The translations under genes were made by a program, and so were the position numbers. DNA of 64,000 nucleotides, from contig OZ024741.1 in NCBI GenBank assembly GCA_964016885.1, positions 382,354,001-382,418,000 on the forward strand, in the 5' to 3' direction. Below the pieces are notes generated by a model. It did no database searches. It saw only the letters and a list, made by a program, of their open reading frames with translations, and was not told the DNA's origin. The stretch is from Eledone cirrhosa (Eukaryota). Below are positions 1 to 13,299 of this stretch, piece after piece; the stretch's first letter is position 1; each line of letters begins with the position of its first letter.

Positions 1-402
1 AAAAAATGATAATAACGAAAAAACAAAAAATATATATTTGTTGATATGTCTTATTTGAAAAGTAAAACATTTACAATAGGAAATAGAATGAAATCAGAGA
101 AAAAATATTGTGAACTGAATTTATGTTTATAAACTGCAAGGTATGATATAAATGGGAGAACATGGAGACAAATTGAATCAGTCTGTCAGCTGCAAATTAA
201 ATTACATTTGTCTACAGGATTTTCAAGCCATATACCTATTTCTTCATATTTTTTGCGTTAGATATTTTTTTTCTTTTCTCTAACTGTTCCTTTTAGCATG
301 ATAACAGATCAATTTCATCGCAGCATATCTCGTCTTTTCTTTGACACGTATTGTATCCCTGACTCCATTAAACAATATTACTTTCTTTTCACCTATTTTC
401 AG

Positions 403-480
403 TGAAAGATATGTAGCTGATATGGATTGCAAGTTAAATGAATACATACGCGTTTTCAAGTCGGCTTTGATGTTATCAGA
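403..480 (+). CDS. Candidate 78-nt internal exon of an unidentified host gene
   Basis: Polypyrimidine tract plus AG (ctttcttttcacctattttcAG, 381-402) and GTAAGT donor at 481. Length is divisible by 3 and only one frame is open (ERYVADMDCKLNEYIRVFKSALMLS). No partner exons found. Confidence 0.35.
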
Positions 481-1188
481 GTAAGTTAAGCATAGGTAAG
501 AAGTAAACAGACAGTAGTGTTGTGATAATACTTCTAAACTGGCCATCCTCTATTTTGACAAGCCAGGTCTACATACGATATCCATTATACATGTAATTTA
601 TCTAACGACAGTTGCGTGTTCTAAAGGTGACATTTATTGTTATTGTTCGCATATTAAGTGAAAAGATGAAATAACTCTCATTAGGCTTATGTTAAAATAA
701 TTTGTGCTGCACGTATTTCGTGGGAGTTCAGCTGCTGTGAGGTAATCGTATGTAAACATTCATACTCGAAAAATGCCATGCATTTATATGAAAGCCACAA
801 AAAAGGGAATGCTTACGTCTGCCAAGTTCCTGATTGAAATAAAATGAACTGTGCTTTGAAATATACGAAATTTCTCAATCTGAGATAGAAGAAAGGAAAC
901 GTACCGATCCATTACTGATGCTATCTGTCGTTCTCAACTCTTGGCAGAATCCTTAAACACAATATGCCAACAGTCTCAAATCATAAACTTGAATATCTGA
1001 AAAAGGATGACTCATTATGTAATACAAATCTAAATACACCTAAAATATGAGATTATTAGGGGGGAATACGAGTCTTTGATTACAGAGTCCGGCTAGATCG
1101 AACCTTGAGCTGATCGGTGGAGACACGCGCGTCACCAACCAATAAACCCAATGAAAGTATAACTACTCGTCATTGTTTTACTTTATCT

Positions 1189-1202
1189 TATATATATATG
1201 TA

Positions 1203-1261
<59 letters not shown>

Positions 1262-1281
1262 GTTAAAGTGTACATCTATTT

Positions 1282-1344
<63 letters not shown>

Positions 1345-1370
1345 CATACATACATACATACATACATACA

Positions 1371-1406
<36 letters not shown>

Positions 1407-1412
1407 TATATA
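1189..1412. repeat. (TA)n/(TACA)n compound microsatellite
   Basis: Directly visible. Confidence 0.95.
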
Positions 1413-1934
1413 ATAATGGTTTAGATCGATAACCAATAATTTCATTCACGTTGTTTTCTATTTGGTCAACAAATCGATTTGGAGCACATTCATATGATTA
1501 TTTCGCAGCAAGAGACCTAAGCTCTGAAAAGAGTGTAATCGTTCTATTGACAGATTAACATATGTAAACATATGTAAACTCGCAATTTCAGCAATCGAAA
1601 CGGCAAATGTCATCTTAGTTTAGCACACAAAACAATCCATTGAAGTACAAAATCCACTTCTAAGCAAATATTGTTATATTTCAAATTCCGTGGTGAATCC
1701 ACTGATCATCGACTAATAATGAAGCCCTAACCAGCAAAGCCAGGACAAAGGAATACTCATCGGCTAGCACTCATATGGGGTATTTCCAAAAATCGACCAT
1801 AATACTAAATTTTCAAGTGAGGCACTGTGAGCCATGTGTGACATTAAATGCTTGTCGGTCAGCAAATGAGATCAGTAATGGCGGATTGGCTGGGGTTGGT
1901 GGTAATGTTTAAAATAACATAAATATTTCTCGGC

Positions 1935-2250
1935 AGAGATGCTCTGCTAGAGAACGGGTCGCAGGTGGCGGATAACGACATGACCACCGGATATGATGTT
2001 TAGTTGCGATATAAGCGGGCACCTGCCGGACGAATACGCACCCTGCACACACAGCGGTAAACTACTAGGGAAGACAGATTAATAGGTAATACCTTTGGCT
2101 CCCAGGAAAAAGTATCAGAAGGTAGTGATGTAGATATGAGGAGGCGAGTAAAGCCTTCTTTAAAAAAGCCTTGTCTTCGCATGTTCGACAAAGTAGGAGA
2201 TTAGTGACTAGCGTGAATAAGACCATCAAAACTGCAACATGGTGAGAATA

Positions 2251-2289
<39 letters not shown>

Positions 2290-3785
2290 CATCATACTTC
2301 GCGTGGGTTCATAAGTGACGCGTTCAGGTCTTAGGCAGAGGTGCTTATTCAAAAATGATATTGCATGCTGTAAAAACTGGCGATGTGCCTGCGATTTCTC
2401 CTGGGAGACGTGGGTTGGACACACAAAGATTGCGAAGCCCAAGTCACCAAACAGGGTTTGAAAGGAAGAAAACCTTGTAAATTGCAACATAGAACATTGC
2501 AAACCTTACACTTAAGGAGCAGGAACTAGTGAAAGAAGCTATATTCTGCCTGCTAAATATAGTTGGCGGTTTCCTCATCAAACAACCGTGGCTCTGTTTC
2601 TGTAGCTTTGGATGGAGGATGGATAGTCCACTATTTATGGGCGCCATCAGAAATGCAGAAGTGACTGCACAGGCATGAGTGGGGCTACTCATAGCCCCCG
2701 GCTGACAAAATGCGTTATAAACTGGATGTTATTCGGAGACAGATTTTGCCTCTTGTACAGTGGGCTGAATGATCGAAACAAGTCACACCACTACAGATAC
2801 TTCCTTAATAATGTCATGGGATCGTTAGATGTAGTTAGGACTGAGTCATATATCGTAATGGGAGATTTCAATGTACATGGCGGTTCTGAACAACTGACCT
2901 GGAAAAGATTGATTGGGAGTAACGGCTATCCAAATCTAAATACGAATGGAGAGGCCTTATTCGAATTCTGTTGTAGCAGTTGACTTTGTATTATCATCTC
3001 AGAGCCATCCATTAATATACATGGTGTAAAGGGAATCAGGGACTGAGAGAAATAAGTGGGGCTGAATTGTCAACTGTTCACTATCCAATTATTTGGAACT
3101 TGAGACTACCCCATGCCAAAGAAACCTTCAACTCTGGCAGATCCAGATGTACCTACAAGAAGGCGTGGGATGCGTTGATGGATAAGGAAGTCAGGACAAG
3201 GTATACTTATATATATCATCACATTTTATTGAACTCCCCAAGAAAACTAAGGACGTTGAGACACTATGGAGATTGTTTAACGCAGCAGCTCCTGCTTCGG
3301 TTGGTAAACGCTGAAAGAATCTTGGTTAAACGGTGAAAGAAGCTTGGTATGAAGCTGGATATCAGGAGGGCAACTTGTTTCAATCAAAAGATTAAAGATG
3401 CCATCCGAGCAAAGAAAGAGGCCTACAAATATTGGCTTGGAAATAAGTCGCCCTTCTTGCACTTACGGTAAAAACAGGAATGAAAGTCGCCGCAGAGAGA
3501 ATATAAGCCCAAAGTTGGAAGGACTTTCGTGTAAAGCTGGAATCCGACTATAGATTAGCAAATAAGGTTTTCTGGCAGACCCTCCGGTGACTTCGTAATT
3601 AAGAAGTCTCCCTCCATACCTGCCATCGGGAAGGCGTCTTGGATGCTCCTTTCTTCATACTTGTGCATCTTCACACGGACGAGAGTATGCTTTGCTGATA
3701 TAAACCCGATAATGACAGTATCCTCTGATGTACACGAGGTGCATCTGGGAGCGATGACTAATGTCTCGAAGGCTAAGGTGACGAG
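1935..3785 (+). mobile_element. Decayed RTE-like LINE (5' UTR and APE endonuclease region)
   Basis: APE motif YIVMGDFNVHGG...LIGSNGYPNLNTNGEALFEFC (ORF 2675-2983). The 5' sequence gagatgctctgctagagaacgggtcgcaggtggcg...cagcggtaaactactaggg is homologous to the region from 56078. Many stops. Confidence 0.75.
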
Positions 3786-3786
3786 A

Positions 3787-3957
3787 GAAGAAGACGAAGA
3801 AGAAGAAGAAGAAAGAAGAAGAAGAAGAAGAAGAAGAAGAAGAAGAAGAAGAAGAAGAAGAAGAAGGAGAAGAAGAAGAAGAAGAAGAAGAAGAAGAAGA
3901 AGAAGAAGAAGAAGAAGAAGAAGAAGAAGAAGAAGAAGAAGAAGAAGAAGAAGAAGA
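3787..3957. repeat. (GAA)n microsatellite
   Basis: Directly visible; the poly-Arg ORF is an artefact. Confidence 0.95.
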
Positions 3958-4148
3958 TATTTATAAAACTATGTATATTTGTATAAGTGTGTGTGTGTAT
4001 GTACATTTTTATCTTCATTTTAATGTATATGCGCATATATGTATATTTGATTCTGTGTGTACATGTAATTTTTTTTTGTTATTTTATTTCAGCCTCACTT
4101 TCATTTGTAATAGATTTTAATTTCATATCTTATATCGATAACATAGAT

Positions 4149-4218
4149 ATTTCATCTGATGAACAAACTAGTTTTCTTTTTAAATGGTCTAACTTCGTGA
4201 AACCTTTGGTAATTGAAT
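4149..4218 (+). ncRNA. Decayed minimal type I hammerhead ribozyme, probable solo Penelope pLTR remnant
   Basis: atttcat-CTGATGA(4156-4162)-ac...gt-GAAA(4199-4202)-cc-ttt-gg-TA-attgaat. Core intact; stems I and II imperfect. Confidence 0.5.
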
Positions 4219-4318
4219 AATTATATTTTGTTTATTATATAATTAAATAACTCTGTACTATACATAGAGCACTCTTCTTTCCTTTGCCTTTTCTACGAAA
4301 TACATAACTCATACACAC

Positions 4319-4384
<66 letters not shown>

Positions 4385-4469
4385 ATATGTGTGTGTGTGT
4401 GTGTGTGTGTATGTGTGTGTAAAACTATCCTTAAACACAAACACAAGCACACACACACTGACATATAGA

Positions 4470-4722
4470 CTTGTGTGGATATTGGGAAACTGTGTCATGT
4501 CTAGATTTAAGCCCTACTGCTGCTAAAACGTTAGAGCTTGAGATTAAATGTTCCACTGTTTCAATCTGATCATTGCAAAATCGGGACTTTGTATTTATTC
4601 CATTTCTCATCACTTTGACTCGGTAGCTCCGTGTCAATAAGCTTTTAATTCGGGCAGCTATGATGAAGCCATCACTATCTGCTTTCAGCCCTGAACTGCG
4701 TAGCCACTTGCTGGCTACGGGT
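4470..4722 (-). mobile_element. R4/Dong-like fragment (CCHC/RHD region)
   Basis: Minus-strand [25 protein letters not shown]...SRHD matches the zinc-finger region of the element at 38148-39038. Confidence 0.7.
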
Positions 4723-4725
4723 GTC

Positions 4726-5092
<367 letters not shown>

Positions 5093-5184
5093 TATTGTTT
5101 CTACTTTTCGTTCAGTATTGTTCCTCTTATATGCCGAGTGGCTTCCTCAGACCTAAGGCTAATATTATTATCATTATTAATCTC

Positions 5185-5310
5185 TCCAAGGTGAGATTTG
5201 CCTTTCATCCTTACGGGGTCTGTAAATAAAGTACCGTTAATTAACTGGGATTGATACAATCAACCTACCCCTCTCCCAATATTGCTGGCCTTGTTCTTGA
5301 ATTAGAAATC
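5185..5310 (+). mobile_element. SINE 3' fragment
   Basis: tttgcctttcatccttacggggtc...aaataaagtacc...gctggccttg, shared with copies at 13030, 30890, 39135 and 47320. Confidence 0.75.
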
Positions 5311-6173
5311 TTTTTTTATTGTTACTAATACTACACATGTGGAGGTTTTTTTGTCGATTTGCTATATTCAGTGAACTCTGTAATTATTTTCTTTATCAGA
5401 TGACTACAAATGATTACTAATATTTCAGTTCTAGCCAGTTCTATTATCCTTCCACCAGTGTAGAATCCTTTTCACACACAGCGTATCACGTTCTTCTCGA
5501 CTCCTCATATCAATGAAAGCATTCATAATCATTTCAACCATTCTCAAACCATTTCCATCACCTCATTTATGATTCGTTCTTACCATTTTTCTTGGTTTCA
5601 CATACTTCTTTAATAAAAAAAAAATATTATTCCCTGTCAATGTATCTATTTCCATACATTTATGCAACGTTGCAAATAGTTTGTATTATTTCTGAAATTT
5701 TGCAAAGTAGTAGGGGGCTAATTGTTTCGCGTGACCTACTGTAAGAAAAGTGGATTCCAAATTATGTCTCAAATTCACTTCGTCATTTTTAGTGCATTCT
5801 CTGAATGCAGTAATTTCAGTACGATTCATCTCCACATTGTGTGGGAGAAACATGTTACCGATCTGTCTTTTAACACTTGCATAAATGTTGATACTAGAAA
5901 AATATTCTATCCCAATATTTAAATGGATATATTGCTCATATTTAATCGAATGCGTATTTGTTGATATCTACACAATTCACCTCTTCCAACATTGGTATAC
6001 TTTTGTTTTTTCCGCTTGACTAGCAACAGCTCTCCCGTTATCAGTTGAAGATGTGCTAGCTAAAAAAAGATTATTAATGTTGGTCCTGAGTCGACAGTTC
6101 ATATATCGGCAATCGGGGACAAACAAAAACAATACATAAAAATAATACCATGAAAAGATATATATATATACAA

Positions 6174-7948
<1,775 letters not shown>

Positions 7949-8070
7949 GAAATGGTTTAACAATTGTTTCATTGGTTAAGTTGTCTTAAAATTGCTAATC
8001 ACTTGAAGTTGTTTCACTTAATTTTAAATACGATGTATGCTTAACCAAATCATCAGAAAAAACTATTTAA
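7949..8070 (-). ncRNA. Decayed hammerhead ribozyme in the pLTR of the 7949-9900 element
   Basis: Minus strand aaatagtttttt-CTGATGA-t-ttggttaag...cttaaccaa-t-GAAA-caattg-TT-aaaccattt: 9-bp stem II and palindromic stem III. Confidence 0.55.
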
Positions 8071-9900
8071 AATTATCCACGGCGTTTGCAAATTCAAATT
8101 ACAACTTCATTAATAAAGAAAGAAAGAGAAAAAGAAGAAAAAAGAAAAAGATAAAGAGAAAAAAAGAGAAAGAAAGAAGAAAAAGAATTAAAAAAAGAAA
8201 AATAGAGAGAGAAAATAGAAGTATTGATAATAAATGAATAATAATAAATAAGTTATAGCGAAGATGATAAAAATAAATAAAAAAAGTTTATGTGCGCGAA
8301 GAAAATGAACATAATATGATTGTTGAAAATAGTTGTGTTGTTGGTGGTTAAAATATAAATATATGATGGTATTGCTGGTTAAAATAGTTGTGGTGTTCGT
8401 GGCTCAAATATAAAGATATAATGGTATAAACATGAATGTATTAAATATATTCATATATGTATTATTTAAATTAATAAATTAATAAATTGGAAGTTATATT
8501 AGAAGTGAAGATAATAGGATAGGTTATAATGTAGGAGATGAAATATATTTAGGGAAAGAAATTAAAAGATAGAAAATGAAAGAGAGAAAATATAATAGGT
8601 TATGATGTTGATTCATTGACACTTAATAACAATAAAAACAACAATGATGATGATGTGTTATTATAATAGACTCGGGTGGCATAATTTGAACTACGGAATT
8701 GTTGGGTCGAATCAAGTTTGTTTGAAATTATCAAATTTATTGCTGTTTTATGTCTACAGAAAATTGGCCGTTCAACTTTGCTGTTAAGCAGCACGTCATA
8801 TTTTAAAATATGGAATAATTCCATATTACTAATTTTGTAGGCCATTGCCTCTGACATTTTAGACCAGTTAATCCTGTACTCTTGATTTGTATATTTGAAC
8901 TGCCAGATTGTATTGGCGGGCGTTGTTGTATTCATTAGTTTACGGTTTTTTTATAGAATGTCTGTGGACATACCAACGATTTTTTAACTCCCCCGCCGTA
9001 GAACCTATGTAGTGCCATGCTAAGTTGCCTGAATGTATAGTACATTGGTACACTATATTAGATTCAAGGCATCTATTTTGTAGTGGGCAATTATCCGGTA
9101 AGAAACAGTGCCATTTTGAGGCCTTCCTTTGTGCCGGCTCAGCGATGCGGTTTTGTATGTTGTTATGTATGGGCTGAGATTTGGGTTTGTTGATGTATTA
9201 TCGTGATGTGTTTTGACGTATGTATTTTGTATTTTGTGTTATGTTGCTTGTTTGGAGTCTATTTGTATTAGTGATTCTTTTATAGATAATTTTCTGTATG
9301 TGTGATTCTGTGTTGTTTGCAGTAGAGTAAGTTAGTTTGATAGTATTTCTATTAAAGATATTATGGTATTTGTGAAGTTTAGGGAAGTGCTTGTCAATTA
9401 ATTTAAAGATATAGAAGGTAGTTTGGTTTTTATAGAGGAGTTAAATATTGGATTGAACTATAAGTATTTTCTATCTCTGGATCTTCTATAGTTCTTAGGG
9501 CCCCTTATATTGGTATTCGGTGCAATTATTTCTGGTCCTCGTTGCCTATTTCTATGGTTAGTCCTATATTTGTTATTTCTATAGATGTGGGTGGTGTTAT
9601 TGCTGTTAACTGTTTTGTTGTTGTTTGTATCTGGTATGAATTCGAGCCTCTCTTAGTGGCCTGACTTAAGTAAAGCTATGTTGTAGTAGTTAGCATGTCC
9701 ATTAAAAATCTCTAGGTTAGAAGATAAGCGTTAAATTCTAAGGGATATACTATGTGCTATGGAGTTAATTATGGAGCGAGGGTGGTTTGAGTTATAACTA
9801 ATGTCAGCTAGTTTTCGTTATTTTTATGGAAGGTCTCTATTAGTCCTGTGTTTAGGTTGAGTGATACATCTAAGAAATGGAATTTCCTTTTCTCCATTCA
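7949..9900 (-). mobile_element. 5'-truncated decayed Penelope-like element (Naiad-type)
   Basis: Minus-strand FLDVSLNLNTG (about 9840-9877), GIY-YIG region CPLQNRCLESNIVYQCTI...HYIGST (about 9000-9090) and C-terminal LNSKVERPIFCRHK; homologous to 40198-42577. Confidence 0.85.
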
Positions 9901-9914
9901 TCGAATTCTGTATA

Positions 9915-11230
9915 TCCGGCCGACTAACTCACTTGATATGCAAATTAGGCTGCTCAGCCGTTAATATGCATAAGGAAAGTATATATTTTCAAACGTTCAA
10001 TCGATTGACATGAAGCTATACGGTGCTGATGACAGCTAATAAGCTAGAATTTAGTTCATCGTTCCTTTGTCAGTGTTCAACAAAAGGGTAACGATGGTTG
10101 CCGAACAATGTACAGCTTAATTCGGGATGATTGTTTACAAACAAACCGAGCTTTATAATAAATGTTCGGTAAACCCATACGTACATATATATATGTGTTC
10201 ATGTATGTATGTATACCTTTCTGTCAATCGATTGACCGTTTGAAAGTATATACTTCCCTTATGCATATTAATGGCTGAGCAGCCTAATTTGCATATCGAG
10301 TGAGTTAGTCGGCCGGGCGTACCGAAAACGTTAAATGGAAAAAATAAAATTTCATTTCTCACTCTTAGTACGGCTGATACTTAAATATAAGTATGTATAC
10401 GTACATACATATATGTATATAGACGTACAATAGTATGTATATAAATACATACATGCACACATATACATATATATATATGTACGCATGGGTTTACCGAACA
10501 TTTATTATAATGTTCGGTTTGTTTTAAACAAACAGTCCGATTAAGCCGTACAGTGTTCGGCAACCATTGATGCCATTTTATTCAACACTGAGAAAGGAAC
10601 GATGAACTAGTATCTAGCCTATTAGCTGTCATCAGCACCGTATACCTTCCTCTCAATCGATTGAACATTTGAAAGTATATACTTTCCTTATGCATATTAA
10701 CGGCTGAGCAGCCTAATTTGCATATCGAGTGAGTTAGTCGGCCGGACGTACCGAAAACGATAAATGGAAAAAATGAAATTTAATTTCTCAAACTTAGTAC
10801 GGCTGATACATAAATATAAGTATGTATACGTACATACATATATATAAATACAGACGTACAGTAGTATGTATATGTATACACACATGCACACATATACATA
10901 TATATATGTACGTATGGGTTTACCGAACTAACTCAGTCGATATGCAAATTAGGCTGCCCAGCCGTCAATATGCATAAGGAAAGTATATACTTTCAGACGT
11001 TCAATCTATTCACAGGAAGGTATACAGTGTTGATGACAGCTAATAATCTAGTAACTAGTTCAACGTTCCTTTGTCAGTGTTGAATAAAAGGACAACGATG
11101 GTGCCGAACACTGTACGGCTCATTCGGACTGTTTGTTTACAAACAAACCGAACATTATAATAAATATTCAGTAAACCCATACGTACATATATATATGTAT
11201 ATGAGACCATGTATGTATGTATATACATAC
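9915..11230. repeat. Tandem/inverted array of an approximately 430-bp hammerhead-containing unit (retrozyme-like or Penelope pLTR-derived)
   Basis: Copies at about 9915-10200 (+), 10210-10500 (-, partial), 10500-10928 (-) and 10928-11230 (+). Hammerhead-like motifs at 10020-10062 (+), 10599-10641 (-) and 11024-11066 (+). Confidence 0.75.
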
Positions 11231-12604
11231 TAATGTACGTCTGTATACATATATATGTATGTTTATATATATGGGGTGGGGTGAGTGTGAGTATGTTGAT
11301 GCTACTGCTGGGTAGGGCAATTATTTCTCTTTCCTCTTCGTCTCTCTATCTCTCTCCCTTTTTCTATCGATCTCTCTTCTCTCTGCATATCTTCACACAA
11401 AATTTCAGAATATCTAATTCTAACTTGAATGTACACCCACACACATACATATATGTGTGTGAGTGTAGGTATACATACCTACATATATAACTACATACAT
11501 AGATACATACATTCATATACACATACACATATACATAAAAACATACAAGCTTACATACACAGACAGTGACAGAAAAATGAAAAGAAAGTGAGAAAGGGAG
11601 GTAGAAAGAGAGAATGAGATGCATATATGAGCAGACATTCTGTCGACAGTTATATTTAGATATTCTTTCGTATCCGTTGTCATTTAAACTGCTAAAGTGT
11701 AAAAAAAACCCATATTTTGGTTTAGCAGTAAATATATATCAAAATGAAATTTCAAAGATTTTTTATTATACATTTCATAATATATCTGTAACATTGTTTC
11801 ATAGATATCAAATTTCTCATATTTAAATAATTTTTCACAGTAAAGTATATTACTTTTGCGTATTCAATTATTTGAATAACTCGGATGAAGCTATAAAATC
11901 TCAACAACGTGCAGTATTTTCTACGACAATTTGTCTTAAATTCCTCGCATGCATGCACACTAAAGCATAATAAGGGAGAACATTTTTCTACATTTTTAAA
12001 TGATTCTTTTCACAAGCCTGTCACTGCAAGTTAATGAATGCTTGGAAACATGCACAGTAAAACAGATACCCTAAATTGCACGTGAAAATATATTACGTTA
12101 CATGTATTAAAAATACATTATATATCTATATATATGTCTATATATATATAAAGGTGTGAGTATACATGTTTATAAATCGAAGGTGTTATGCGTGTGCTTA
12201 TGTATATGGTGTTTATATTTAAATATATATATATGGGGAGAGAGATAAATAGATAGATATATAAATAAATATAGGCATGTGAGTGTGTAGTGCGCTGTGC
12301 CTTAGCCTGGGTCTGTGTGTGGGGGATTGTCTCCGAGAGTACGTGTGCGTGTGTTTAAATATCTCAGTTTGTGAGGTCATGTGTATTCATATACGTAAAT
12401 GTGCAATATTGAAGGACAAATGTATGTATCTTCAACGCCAAGCCATTTCTAAAGAAAACTGAAATGAGAAATTGATTGAAATGGAATAATTATTAAGATG
12501 AATATTTTGAATATTTTTCGGGATATGTCTTACCTTATTTTGAACAAATAAATGTTTCGGCAAAGAGCTAATAAGCAGCTATATATATATATATACACAT
12601 GGCT

Positions 12605-12685
<81 letters not shown>

Positions 12686-12867
12686 TTTAATTTCGGGAGA
12701 GAAGTTTTAACTATTCTCTATCATTTCATTTCACCATCTTTTCTAAAGCTGGAATAAAACACCGGAAAATATATTAGAGATCTGGATAGAATCTGAAATT
12801 AAATGTGTAACTGAAGTAGAAAGGTGATTTGAAATCATAAAAATCCTTCATTTTTATCATTATTGTT

Positions 12868-13020
12868 ATTCTTTGAGTCTGAGTCATTGATGTAAACTGG
12901 GACGTTTGTTCAAATGAACATCAAGCTCCTACCTGCAGCCTCAGATATTCAGTACGTATCGTAAGGTTCTTGCTGTTCCCAGCAAGCATGGCTTTTGAAG
13001 TGTTCCAAAACGGGTCTGGA
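12868..13020 (-). mobile_element. R4/Dong-like 3' end fragment
   Basis: Homologous to the ORF end and 3' UTR at 38970-39112; abuts a (TTA)-like tract. Confidence 0.8.
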
Positions 13021-13029
13021 TCATTATTA

Positions 13030-13205
13030 TCGGTAGAGGGTCGGACGCCATGCTTTGATGAATAGAGTTACGGCACTTGCCATTTTGAGTTCAAATCCCT
13101 CCGAGGTAAACTTTACCTTTCATCCTTATGGGATCGATAAAATAAAGTACCAGTAATACACTGTGTAATTGCTGGCCTTGTGCCAACAGTAGAAATAATT
13201 ATTAT
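13030..13205 (+). mobile_element. tRNA-derived SINE
   Basis: B-box-like gagttcaaatccc, conserved core cctttcatccttatgggatcgataaaataaagtaccag, (TTA) tail. Confidence 0.8.
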
Positions 13206-13299
13206 TACAGTTGCATCTATCTTGCTTTATGGTCATACGAGTTATCACCAAATCACAACCAGTGACCTCAAGAGATAACAGGTCCGCCATGTTCAAGAA

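Noticed and set aside
1935-2110. HDV-like ribozyme in the RTE 5' UTR (also 56078-56240)
   Set aside because: The two copies share sequence, but I could not build the nested double pseudoknot by eye.
9915-11230. CRISPR-like array
   Set aside because: Units are hundreds of bp long, in mixed orientation and without unique spacers; the context is eukaryotic.
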